Positions 49,430 through 58,744 of a stretch of 64,000 nt of DNA are shown in pieces. Positions within the stretch are counted from its first letter, which is position 1; each line of letters begins with the position of its first letter. The stretch is from Myxococcota bacterium (GTDB taxonomy: Bacteria > Myxococcota_A > UBA9160 > JAFDDA01). Below the pieces are notes generated by a model, which saw nothing but the letters and a program-made list of their open reading frames with translations, was not told the DNA's origin and did no database searches. The stretch is from assembly GCA_965228475.1 (NCBI GenBank), contig OZ245817.1, positions 288,001 to 352,000 of the forward strand. The letters run 5' to 3'. A program made the position numbers and the translations under genes.

Positions 49430-50512
49430 TTGCTTCGCTTCCTCGTCTTCGGGCTGTGGCTCGCCTCGGCGCCGGCCGCGCTCGGGCACGTCGTGCTGTC
49501 CCGTGCCTCGCTGCGGCAGTACGTCCAGCACTCGGACGCTTGCATCCATGCCGCCTTCGAAACGGGGCCCGAGGTCTTCGAGGGCGGCGGCGACCGTCAG
49601 GAGTTCTTCCGCGTCGAGGTGCTGGCTCCCCTGTTCGGGCCCTTCGAAGCGGGACAGCGCGTCGAGTTCTTTCCCCATGCCGAGGGCATGCCGGACTTCG
49701 CACGGGGCGACCGCGCCGTCGTATGCCTCGAGCGGACTTCGGAGCGGACGGGGTTCGAGCGGCACACGGAGCGCTTCGCCTGGTTCACGGAGCAGGGGCC
49801 CGGAGACGAGTGGCACGTCGAGGGGGGCACGACGCTCTCGCTCGCGCGCGGCTGGCGGGCATGGGTCGAGGGCGGCGGGCAGGACGCGGAGGGCCTCGTC
49901 GATCTGATCGCCACCGGGCTCGCTTCCGGCAACGCTCGCCTGCAAGGGGACGCCCTCGGCGAGCTGGCCGGCGCGCGCACGATCCGCGGCGTGCTCGACG
50001 ATCCCGGCCACGTCGCGCGTCTCGCCGCTTTCATCGCGGATCCCGGGCTCTCGATCGGGCGCCGAGCCCGCGTGCGACAGATCCTCGAAGGCGCGCCGGG
50101 CTTCGACGATGCGAAGCACACCGAAACCCTGCTCCGGGCCGCGACGGCGCCGGCCGATCGCATCGTGCTCGCCCGCGCCCTGGCCAGCTCGGCGCTTCCC
50201 GGGTTGGCCGAGTGGTACGACGCGCTCTCGAGGGATGTCGACCCGGGCGTCCGCCGCGCGGCGGTCCGCGCCCAGGCGAGCCGTGGCGCCCGCTCCGACC
50301 GGGCTCTTCTCGTGCGTGCCTCTGCGGATCCGGACGATGGCGTCGCGCGGGCCGCCATCGTCGCCCTGGGCGCGCTCGGCGACGCCGCGGCGGCGGTCCG
50401 CCTCTCGGAGTTGGCGAACGGGGACGACCCGCAGCGCGCGCGCTGGGCGGCGGCCGAACTCCGTCGGCTTCGGGCCCGCGAGAGGGCGTCCCTACCTGAC
50501 GAGGGGCCGTGA
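49430..50512 (+). CDS. Exported HEAT-repeat protein
   Basis: Signal peptide; C-terminal D.DPGVRRAAV and DPDDGVARAAIVALG repeats. Confidence 0.7.
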   Translation: MLRFLVFGLWLASAPAALGHVVLSRASLRQYVQHSDACIHAAFETGPEVFEGGGDRQEFFRVEVLAPLFGPFEAGQRVEFFPHAEGMPDFARGDRAVVCLERTSERTGFERHTERFAWFTEQGPGDEWHVEGGTTLSLARGWRAWVEGGGQDAEGLVDLIATGLASGNARLQGDALGELAGARTIRGVLDDPGHVARLAAFIADPGLSIGRRARVRQILEGAPGFDDAKHTETLLRAATAPADRIVLARALASSALPGLAEWYDALSRDVDPGVRRAAVRAQASRGARSDRALLVRASADPDDGVARAAIVALGALGDAAAAVRLSELANGDDPQRARWAAAELRRLRARERASLPDEGP

Positions 50513-50675
50513 AGGATCCACCCGACGGCCCATCCTGGGGGATTCCCTGCCGCATTTGCAGGGTTCACCCGACTCATTCCGAGTCAAGCCGAAAATCGGT
50601 CCTTCCGATAGCGACTTCGATCACACAGTGTCCGGATCGCGGAGATCCGTTGCGCTTGGGTGGAGGATCAGCCGG

Positions 50676-51170
50676 ATGGAACGCAAGAGTCGGAATCAGG
50701 GTTTCACGATCGTCGAGATGGTGGTCGTCATGGTCATCGTCGGCATTCTCGCTTCGGTCGCGTTGCCGCGCTTCGTGAATCTGCAGAACGATGCCTACTC
50801 GGCCAGCACGGAGTCGACGGGCGGTGCCTTCGCCTCGGCGGTGAACCTCACGCACTCGGCCTGGCTGGTCGCGGGCGGAACCGCCACGGTGAACCAGGTC
50901 ACGCTCGAGGGGGGCCAGACCGTCGGTGTGACCGACGCCGGCTATCCGGAGAACAACACCACCGGTGACAACACGGTGAGCGCCGCGGAGTGCGCGCAGC
51001 TCTGGAACGCGATCCTCACGCCGGGCTCGCCCCAGGCGGCGACCGGTGCCACCGAGGACTACCAGGCGACCTACGCGGATCCGACCTGCACCTTCACGCT
51101 CCGTGCCGCGGCCGGGCGCACCGTCGCCTACGACCACGATACGGGCGCGGTCACGATCACCGTTCCGTAG
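50676..51170 (+). CDS. mshA: MSHA-type pilin (MshA/MshB-like)
   Basis: Prepilin G|FTIVE; ILASVALPRFVNL; C-terminal Cys pair; RBS ggagga. Confidence 0.75.
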   Translation: MERKSRNQGFTIVEMVVVMVIVGILASVALPRFVNLQNDAYSASTESTGGAFASAVNLTHSAWLVAGGTATVNQVTLEGGQTVGVTDAGYPENNTTGDNTVSAAECAQLWNAILTPGSPQAATGATEDYQATYADPTCTFTLRAAAGRTVAYDHDTGAVTITVP

Positions 51171-51217
51171 CGGTCCGCCGGCACGGGAGGGGCTGCGTGG
51201 CACTTCGCCCGCGGGAC

Positions 51218-51718
51218 ATGCGGCATCGCTCCGAGTTCGCACGGACCACGCCACGGGTTCGATCGGGTTTCACCGTGGTCGAGCTGGTCGCGACGCTCGT
51301 CGTGGCGGGCGTCCTCGCTGCGACGGCCCTTCCGCGCTTCGTCCGCGTCCAGGACTTCAGCGAGCGCTTCTTCTACGACGACGTCACTTCGGGCCTCCGC
51401 TACGCCCAGAAGCTCGCCATCGCCACGGGCTGTCCGGTCCAGTTCGACTTCACCGGCGGGGGCTACGCCGTGACCCAGCGGACGGGATGCACCGCCGGCG
51501 CATGGACCCAGCCCGTCCACCATCCTTCGACCGGTACCGTGGGTTTCTCCGAAACGACGCCGACGGGCGTGGCCGTCGCGAGCACCGTCGACCCCTTGAT
51601 CTTCGACGCCCTCGGGCGGGCCGTCGACGGCGTCGGCACGCCCGTCGATGCGAACGTCACCGTCGGGGCGCGGAGCATCGCCGTCGTCGGCAACACCGGC
51701 TACGTGGACGGCGGATGA
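51218..51718 (+). CDS. mshC: MSHA minor pilin MshC-like
   Basis: G|FTVVE; LRYAQKLA and FDALGR; alternative start GTG 51197. Confidence 0.75.
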   Translation: MRHRSEFARTTPRVRSGFTVVELVATLVVAGVLAATALPRFVRVQDFSERFFYDDVTSGLRYAQKLAIATGCPVQFDFTGGGYAVTQRTGCTAGAWTQPVHHPSTGTVGFSETTPTGVAVASTVDPLIFDALGRAVDGVGTPVDANVTVGARSIAVVGNTGYVDGG

Positions 51719-52200
51719 GCGCCCGCCGCGACCCGCAGCGCAGAAGCCGTGGCGTCACCCTGCCGGAGCTCGTGATCTCGATGGTGGTCGTGAGCGTGGC
51801 GCTCTCCGGGACGCTCTCGGTCATGAACTTCACGACGGTCCACAGTGCGGATCCGATGCTCGAGGCCCAGGGCCTCTCCGTGGCCGAGGCCTACCTCGAA
51901 GAGATCCTGCTCCGCTCCTTCGCGGACCCGGACACGGCGGCGGTCTGCGGCGCGGCCGAAGCCAGCCGCAGCCTCTACGACGACGTGTGCGACTACGCCG
52001 GTCTGGTCGACGTCGGGGCCGTCGACCAGGACGGGAACGCCGTCGCCGGGCTCGAGGCCTACACCGTGGCGGTCACCGTCGACACCACGGCAAATCTGAA
52101 CGGCGTCACCGGCTCCGCCAACGTGCTGCGTGTCGACGTCAACGTCACCCATCCGACGGGCCTCGATCTGCGGATCTCGGGCTACCGGACGGCCTACTAG
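51715..52200 (+). CDS. mshD: MSHA minor pilin MshD-like
   Basis: G|VTLPE; SADP, AEAYLEEI, YDDVCDY, SGYRTAY. Confidence 0.8.
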   Translation: MSARRDPQRRSRGVTLPELVISMVVVSVALSGTLSVMNFTTVHSADPMLEAQGLSVAEAYLEEILLRSFADPDTAAVCGAAEASRSLYDDVCDYAGLVDVGAVDQDGNAVAGLEAYTVAVTVDTTANLNGVTGSANVLRVDVNVTHPTGLDLRISGYRTAY

Positions 52201-53108
52201 TGCGCGCGGAATTCGGGCAGCGCTCGGGATCCGGACGGCGCTCGGGCTTCACGCTGGTCGAGCTGGTCGCGGTGATGATCGTGGGCGGCATCGTTTCGGC
52301 GAGCGTGGGCGTCTTCATGACGCGCCCCATGGAGGGCTACAACGATCTCGCGCGCCGGACGATGCTCGTCGACTCCGCCGACCTCGCGGCCCGCCGCCTG
52401 GCCCGGGACGTCCAGCGTGCGCTGCCGAACTCGTTGCGCGTGGCCGGGGGTGGGACGGTCCTCGAGCTGCTCCACACCGTCGACGGGGTCCGCTACCGGG
52501 CCATCCCCGCCACGAACCCGAGCACCGAGGACCACACCGCGGCGAGCGACGTGATCTCCTTCTTCGGTGACACGAGCTGGAACGTCCTCGGCCGGTTCGC
52601 TTCGCTCTCCTTCGGCTACGGGACGCCGCTTGCCGCCGGCCACCGCCTGGCGATCTACACGACGAACCCGGCGCTCGTCTGGTCGGACGCGGCGACCGGC
52701 GCGAACCCGGGCCTCGTGACGCCCGCGACGACCACGATCACGGTCGCCAACGATGGTGACGAGGATCAGATCAACCTCTCCGCCGCACACCAGTTCCGCT
52801 TCTCGTCTCCGGGGCGCCGTCTCTACGTCGTCGACGAGCCCGTGAGCTACGTGTGCGACGCCGCCGCCGGCACCCTCACCCGCTACTCCGGCTACGCCCC
52901 GGCATCGGCACAGCCCACGAACCCGGCGGTGGCGCCCCTTTCGACGGCCACCTCCGGGCTCGTGACGCGCCGGGTCAGCGCCTGCAGCTTCACCTACCAG
53001 CCCGGCACGACCCAGCGCGCGGCGACCGTCTCGCTCGACCTGACCCTCACCGCCGACGGCGAGAACATCCGGCTGATGCGTCAGGTGCACGCGGGGAACG
53101 TGCCGTGA
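52200..53108 (+). CDS. mshO: MSHA minor pilin MshO-like
   Basis: G|FTLVE; RDVQRALPNSLRV; C-terminal QVHAGNVP. Confidence 0.82.
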   Translation: MRAEFGQRSGSGRRSGFTLVELVAVMIVGGIVSASVGVFMTRPMEGYNDLARRTMLVDSADLAARRLARDVQRALPNSLRVAGGGTVLELLHTVDGVRYRAIPATNPSTEDHTAASDVISFFGDTSWNVLGRFASLSFGYGTPLAAGHRLAIYTTNPALVWSDAATGANPGLVTPATTTITVANDGDEDQINLSAAHQFRFSSPGRRLYVVDEPVSYVCDAAAGTLTRYSGYAPASAQPTNPAVAPLSTATSGLVTRRVSACSFTYQPGTTQRAATVSLDLTLTADGENIRLMRQVHAGNVP

Positions 53109-53506
53109 GCGCGCGGGGCAACCGGGGTTTCTCCCTCCTGAGCGCGATCTTCCTGCTGGTCGTGCTCGGAACCGCCGGCGTGTTCATGGCCAAGATGTCC
53201 GGTGTTCAGCAGCGCACGGGAAACCTGGCCCTCGGCGGCGTGCGCGCGTACTGGGCCGCCCAGTCGGGTCTCGAGTGGGGCATCCATCGGACGCTCACGG
53301 TGGGAAGCTGCCAATCCGGAGCGTTCACTCTCAGCGAAGGCGGGACCGGAGGCTTCTCCGTGAACGTCGGCTGCACGTCGACCCAGCACACGGAGGAGGC
53401 GGTCCGGACCGTCTATCGCCTCACCTCCGTCGCGACCCGCGGAAGCTTCGGCGACCGGGACTATGCTTCGCGCCGGATCGAAACCTCCGTGACGGACACA
53501 CCGTGA
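53105..53506 (+). CDS. mshP: MSHA minor pilin MshP-like
   Basis: G|FSLLSAIFLLVVL (no E5); RAYWAAQSGLEWG; YASRRIE. Confidence 0.8.
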   Translation: MSARGNRGFSLLSAIFLLVVLGTAGVFMAKMSGVQQRTGNLALGGVRAYWAAQSGLEWGIHRTLTVGSCQSGAFTLSEGGTGGFSVNVGCTSTQHTEEAVRTVYRLTSVATRGSFGDRDYASRRIETSVTDTP

Positions 53507-56500
53507 GCCGCACGATCGCGAGAGTTTCCGTCGTCCTTCTGACGCTCTTCGCCGCAGCGACTTCCGCGAGCGCCGAAACGATGTGCCGCGATACGTCGTC
53601 GAGCGCGAGCTCGGGCACGTTGACGGACTCGGGCGGCGCTTCCGGGAACTACCGAAACCGGGAGAGCTGTCGATTCGACATCCGATCGTCCGGCGGCGAC
53701 ATCGAGCTGACGTTCTCTTCGTTCTCCTACGAGTCGTTCTACGACTACCTCTACGTCTACGACGGCGGAACGCAGATCGCCCGACTCACCGGAAGCAGCC
53801 TGCCTTCGAGCCTGCGCGCGACCTCCGGAACGATGACGCTCTACCACCGAACGGACCGTTCCGTGACCCGTGCCGGATTCGTTGCGAGCTGGAGCGAGGT
53901 GAAGGCGGGCTGCGCCACGGAAACGGTCGCGGACAACTTCCCCGGCGTCTCCTACTCCCAAAGCAGCGGAAGTCAGGGCTGGTCGACGAACTGGCTCGAG
54001 ATCGGCGAGAGCGACGGGCCGTCCGCGGGAATCGCTCGGGTCCGTCGGGACCTCTGCACCAGCGGTAACTGTCTCCGCTTCGGGCGGCCTTCGGGGACCG
54101 GATCGGCAAGCTTCTCCGGCCGCGGCGTCCAGCGCGAGTTCGATCTGAGCGACGCGACGGACCCGGAGCTCTCCTTCGTCCACCGCCAGGGCGTGAACCG
54201 GGGCTCGTCGACGATCGTGCTCTCGGTCTCCGACGACGGCGGCAGCAGCTGGACGGAACTCGACCGCTGGACGATCTCCAGCACCAACACCTCTGCCGTC
54301 TCCGAGTCCTACGCTCTCTCGAGCTATGCGTCGGCGAACACCCGGATCCGCTTCATCGCCTCGGGCACCAACGCCGAGTCGGGCTTCTACGTCGACGACG
54401 TCCAGGTGAAGTACGTGAGCCGGAGCTGCGGGGCGGACGTCGACCACTTCGAGATCACCCACGATGGATCCGGGATCCACTGCGTGGGAGAGCGCGTCCG
54501 CGTGATCGCGGCGGACGCCACCGGGGACCCCGTGACGGACTACCAGGGGACGATCGAGCTCGACACCGGCTCCGGCAACGGCACCTGGACCTCCGCCGGC
54601 GCGAACGCCGGAACCTTCACGGACGCGACGGCGGACGACGGCCTCGCCCGCTACGAGTTCGCCGATGCCGACGATGGCGAGGCGAACTTCATCCTGAGCT
54701 ACACGCAGGGAACGACGCCGATCGACATCGAGGTCGTGGACGTCGACGATTCGAGCGCCCGTGACGACGACTCCGAGGGGGCGCTCTCCTGGGGTGCGAG
54801 CGGCTTCACCGTCACCGCAAACCCGCTCTCGAATCCGCCGCCGGGCACGATCAACGACCCGGTCCCCAACCAGACGGCCGGGACGTCCTTCCCGCTCTAT
54901 CTCACCGCCTACGGGACGACGCCCACCGACCCCGCCTGTGGCGTGATCGAGAGCTACACGGGGACCCAGCCGATCTCCTTCTGGCACGTCTGGTCCGACC
55001 CGAACTCCGGCACCGTGCGGCCGACGGTCGGGGGCAGCACCATCGCCGGGAGCGAGGGGGCCGCGGCCCCGCAGAACGTGACCTTCGTGAATGGCCAGGC
55101 GAGGGTGGCCGCCAAGTACAAGGACGTCGGGCGCATCCAGATCGGACTGAAGGATGCCAGCGTCGCCGATCCGGTGGGCGGAATCCGCGGTGCGACCAAC
55201 CTCTTCGTGGTGTCACCGGCGGATTTCGTGATCACGAACGTCTCCCGGCCGGATCTCACCGCGAACCCCGGCGTCTCGACGCCGACGGGCGACGTGTTCG
55301 TCGCGGCGGGGGCGCCCTTCCGCGTCACCGTGGACGCGCGGGATTCCGAGGGCAGCGTGACGCCGAACTACGGCAACGAGGCGTCCGCGGAAGGGATCGT
55401 GCTCCGCGCCGACACCCTCGTCGCGCCGGCCGGCGGCCGCAACGGCTCGGCCAACGACGGCGCGATCGGGAACGGGACCGCCTTCAGCGTCACGGGGACC
55501 GCCGGGACCTTCCTGAACACCCAGGCCTCCTGGGACGAAGCCGGCGCCGTCACGCTCCAGGCGAGCGTGGCCGATGGCAGCTACCTCGGGGCAGGCGACG
55601 TCGTCGGCACCTCGAGCGGCACGGTCGGGCGCTTCCGACCCGACCACTTCGGTGTCGCCCTGAACGCGCCGACCTTCGACACGGCCTGCGGCGCCGGCGG
55701 CTTCGGCTACGTGGGGGAGCCGTTTGGCTTCATGACCGGCGGCCGCCCCGTCTTGACGGCGACGGCCCAGGCGGTGGGCAACACCACGACGCGGAACTAC
55801 ACCGGGGGCTGGATGCGCCTCACGAACGCCTCCCTCGCCAACCGAGCCTACGCCGCGGCGGCGGGCACGCTCGACACGACCGGTCTCCCGGCGACCACGG
55901 CCGACCCCACGATCGTCGACAACGGAGACGGAACCGCGACGCTGACCTTCTCCGCCGGAAGCGGCCTCTCCTTCGTGCGCGGTGTCGCGCCGACCGCACC
56001 CTTCGACGCCGACGTGGCGCTCTCCATCGACGTGGTCGATCTCGACGGCGCAGCCTACGCGGCGAACCCCGCGCGGTTCGGACAGGCGGCCGCGGGCCTC
56101 GGCATCTCCTTCGACGCCGGGAAGGAGATGCGCTGGGGACGGGTCGCCTTCGAGAACGCCCACGGCTCGGAGCTCCTGCCGCTGGCCGTTCCCCTGCGAG
56201 CCGAGTCCTTCCTGGCAGCGGGCTACTTCGCGGCCAATCTCCAGGACGCCTGCACGGTGCTCGGCGTCGCGAACCTGGTTCGGACGCCGACGCCGGGAAG
56301 CCTCGCGAGCACGCCGACCTTCGCCAACACTCCCCTCGCCGCCGGCGATGCCGGGCTCGCGCTCTCGGCCCCCGGCGCGGGAAACCAGGGAACGATCGAC
56401 CTCCGTCAGGATCTCTCGGCGGCCGGCGACGACCTCGCGTGGCTGCGCTTCGACTGGGATCAGGACGGCGCCCACGACGACGACCCGACCGGCCGCGCCA

Positions 56501-56556
56501 CCTTCGGCGTCTTCTCCGGCGACGGCGCCGTCATCTTCCAGCGCGAGGTCTACTAG
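53503..56556 (+). CDS. mshQ: MshQ-like adhesin (DUF6701) with N-terminal CUB domain
   Basis: CUB-like SGTLTDSGG..NY..C...FSYESFYDYLYVYDG...GFVASW; GRFRPDHF, AHGSELL, WLRFDW, RATFG...IFQRE. Confidence 0.82.
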   Translation: MSRTIARVSVVLLTLFAAATSASAETMCRDTSSSASSGTLTDSGGASGNYRNRESCRFDIRSSGGDIELTFSSFSYESFYDYLYVYDGGTQIARLTGSSLPSSLRATSGTMTLYHRTDRSVTRAGFVASWSEVKAGCATETVADNFPGVSYSQSSGSQGWSTNWLEIGESDGPSAGIARVRRDLCTSGNCLRFGRPSGTGSASFSGRGVQREFDLSDATDPELSFVHRQGVNRGSSTIVLSVSDDGGSSWTELDRWTISSTNTSAVSESYALSSYASANTRIRFIASGTNAESGFYVDDVQVKYVSRSCGADVDHFEITHDGSGIHCVGERVRVIAADATGDPVTDYQGTIELDTGSGNGTWTSAGANAGTFTDATADDGLARYEFADADDGEANFILSYTQGTTPIDIEVVDVDDSSARDDDSEGALSWGASGFTVTANPLSNPPPGTINDPVPNQTAGTSFPLYLTAYGTTPTDPACGVIESYTGTQPISFWHVWSDPNSGTVRPTVGGSTIAGSEGAAAPQNVTFVNGQARVAAKYKDVGRIQIGLKDASVADPVGGIRGATNLFVVSPADFVITNVSRPDLTANPGVSTPTGDVFVAAGAPFRVTVDARDSEGSVTPNYGNEASAEGIVLRADTLVAPAGGRNGSANDGAIGNGTAFSVTGTAGTFLNTQASWDEAGAVTLQASVADGSYLGAGDVVGTSSGTVGRFRPDHFGVALNAPTFDTACGAGGFGYVGEPFGFMTGGRPVLTATAQAVGNTTTRNYTGGWMRLTNASLANRAYAAAAGTLDTTGLPATTADPTIVDNGDGTATLTFSAGSGLSFVRGVAPTAPFDADVALSIDVVDLDGAAYAANPARFGQAAAGLGISFDAGKEMRWGRVAFENAHGSELLPLAVPLRAESFLAAGYFAANLQDACTVLGVANLVRTPTPGSLASTPTFANTPLAAGDAGLALSAPGAGNQGTIDLRQDLSAAGDDLAWLRFDWDQDGAHDDDPTGRATFGVFSGDGAVIFQREVY

Positions 56557-56574
56557 GCCCAGCGCGAGGTCTAC
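56538..56574. repeat. 16-bp direct repeat flanking the mshQ stop codon
   Basis: ccagcgcgaggtctac at 56538-56553 and 56559-56574. Confidence 0.9.
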
Positions 56575-56666
56575 CGAGCCCTTCGGGCCTTTCCGACACT
56601 TTCGCCCCCGTCCCACCACTTTCCTCCGAACGTCCCGGCCGTCCGGCCGCGCCCGGAGGGAATTCC

Positions 56667-57809
56667 ATGAGAGCCCTGCGTTTCCTCGCGGGAATCGCCT
56701 TCGCCCTCGCGGCGGCTCCGTCGGCTTCCGCCGTCACCTGGACCTTCACCCGCATCGTCGACGACGCGGGCGCCCTCGCGAACCTTCCCAACCAGGCCGC
56801 CATCAACGAGTCCGGCGTGGTGGCGTTCCGGGCGGACTTCGATGCCGGAGGGCGCGGCATCTTCACGGGCGACGGCACCGGAGCCGTGACGCCGGTGGCC
56901 GACACCTCCGGCGGCTACGACGATTTCAGCACGCCGACGATCAACGCCTCGGGCGACGTGGCCTTCGTCGGCATCCTCGATTCGGGCGGAAGCGGCGTCT
57001 ACCGCATCGACGGCGGCGGCACGCAGACGATCGCGGAGAGCGGCGTGGTCTACACGGACTTCTCCGGCAGTCTCACCGCGACGCCCTCGATCAACGCCTC
57101 GGGCGACGTCGCCTTCACCGCGAACCTCGTCGCCGGCGGCCGCGGCATCTACGTGGGTGACGGCGCTGCACCCGTGCCGATCGTGGTCGAGCCCGGCCCC
57201 TTCCCGAACCTCAGCGCACCGTCCCTGAACGACCTCGGGCAGGTGGCATTCTGGGGTTCGAACGATCTCCAGCGCGGCAGCGGCGGCCCGCTCACCGACA
57301 TGGCCGCTATCGGCGACCCCGCCGGAGGCTCGACGATCAGCACGCTCGTGAACCCGTTCGGGACCCTGAACGACCTCGGCCAGATCGCGTTCCAGGCCGG
57401 GCTCGCGAGTGGCCCGGGGGACGTCGGCATTTTCGTCTCCGACGGCACGACGATCACTTCGGTGCTCACGTCGGGCGCGGGCGGCATCTTCGGCCCCGCC
57501 GCCATCAACGACGCGGGCTGGGTGGCCTTCGAGACGATCTTCGACCTCTCGGTGAAGGCCTTCACCGGGGCGGGCGTGGATACGGTGCTCGCTCCGGGCG
57601 TAGCGCTCGATGGGAGCAGCGTCGTCTCCGCCCGTTTCTTCTCGCCCGAGGGCTTGAACGACGCGGGGCAGCTCGTCGTCTGGGCCGAGCTCGCCGACGG
57701 CCGCCGCGGCCTCTACCGCGCCGACCCGGTCCCCGAGCCCGCCGCGGTGCTCCTCGTGGTCAGCGCGCTGCTCCTCGGGCTCCGCCGAGGCCGGCGACCG
57801 GGAAGCTAG
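56667..57809 (+). CDS. PEP-CTERM protein with NxxGxxAF tandem repeats
   Basis: INESGVVAF, INASGDVAF x2, LNDLGQVAF and others; VPEP + TM + RRGRR. Confidence 0.9.
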   Translation: MRALRFLAGIAFALAAAPSASAVTWTFTRIVDDAGALANLPNQAAINESGVVAFRADFDAGGRGIFTGDGTGAVTPVADTSGGYDDFSTPTINASGDVAFVGILDSGGSGVYRIDGGGTQTIAESGVVYTDFSGSLTATPSINASGDVAFTANLVAGGRGIYVGDGAAPVPIVVEPGPFPNLSAPSLNDLGQVAFWGSNDLQRGSGGPLTDMAAIGDPAGGSTISTLVNPFGTLNDLGQIAFQAGLASGPGDVGIFVSDGTTITSVLTSGAGGIFGPAAINDAGWVAFETIFDLSVKAFTGAGVDTVLAPGVALDGSSVVSARFFSPEGLNDAGQLVVWAELADGRRGLYRADPVPEPAAVLLVVSALLLGLRRGRRPGS

Positions 57810-58655
57810 CTAGGGCAGGTCGAGGTCCTTCGCGGAGTGCCGCTCCGGCACGCGTTCCTCCTCCGGGCCCCACACGCGGTTCACGCGCCGGCCGCGCGCG
57901 ACGGCGGGCCGCGCCTGGAACGCCTCGGCCCAGCGCACCACGTTCTCGTACGACGCCACCTCGAGGAACTCGCCCGCCTCGTAGAGGTGCCCCTGCACGA
58001 GCGCCCCGTACCAAGGTGCCGTCGCCATGTCGGCGATCGTGTAGGTGTCGCCGGCGAGCCACTCGCGTTCGGCGAGGTTCCTGTCGAGCACGTCGAGCTG
58101 GCGCTTCACCTCCATGGCGAAGCGGTTGATCGGATACTCGAACTTCTCGGGCGCGTAGGCATAGAAGTGGCCGAAGCCGCCGCCGAGGTACGGAGCACTG
58201 CCCATCTGCCAGAAGAGCCAGGAGAAGCACTCGGCCCGCTGGGCGGGGTCCTCGGGCAGGAAGGCGCCGAACTTCTCGGCGAGGTACGTGAGGATCGCGC
58301 CGGACTCGAAGACGCGCGTCGGCGGGGCCGAGCCGTGGTCGACGAGGGCGGGGATCTTCGAGTTCGGGTTCGCCGCGACGAAGCCGCTGCCGAACTGGTC
58401 GCCGTCCTGGATGTTGATCAGCCAGGCGTCGTACTCGGCGTCCTTGCCGAGGGCGAGGAGCTCCTCGAGCATCACCGTGACCTTGACGCCGTTCGGGGTC
58501 GCGAGCGAGTAGACCTGGAGCGGGTGCTCGCCCACCGGGAGGTCCTTCTCGTGCGTGGGTCCCGCGATGGGGCGGTTGATGTTCGCGAAGCGGCCGCCGC
58601 TCTCGGCATCCCACTTCCAGACCTTCGGCGGCGTGTATCCCTCGGATTCGCTCAT
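57810..58655 (-). CDS. yghU: Glutathione-dependent disulfide-bond oxidoreductase
   Basis: YTPPKVW, INRPIAG, SLATPNGVKV, NPNSKIP, PERHSA. Confidence 0.95.
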   Translation of the reverse strand: MSESEGYTPPKVWKWDAESGGRFANINRPIAGPTHEKDLPVGEHPLQVYSLATPNGVKVTVMLEELLALGKDAEYDAWLINIQDGDQFGSGFVAANPNSKIPALVDHGSAPPTRVFESGAILTYLAEKFGAFLPEDPAQRAECFSWLFWQMGSAPYLGGGFGHFYAYAPEKFEYPINRFAMEVKRQLDVLDRNLAEREWLAGDTYTIADMATAPWYGALVQGHLYEAGEFLEVASYENVVRWAEAFQARPAVARGRRVNRVWGPEEERVPERHSAKDLDLP

Positions 58656-58744
58656 GGCACCCTTCCTCGTCCCGCCCCGCGGTGTTGCGGGACGGGACGA
58701 GGGTAGCGGCTGGGCGCGATGGCGATCGGGGTCGCTCGGGAGTG

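Noticed and set aside
51198..51212. sigma54 promoter TGGCAC-N7-GC before mshC
   Set aside because: Poor -12 box (CCGC); the implied start would fall downstream of the mshC start codon, and the motif overlaps an alternative GTG start.
58665..58703. Hairpin cctcgtcccg/cgggacgagg as a riboswitch
   Set aside because: A single GC-rich stem with no U-tract or aptamer motif; it may only stabilise or end the htpX mRNA.
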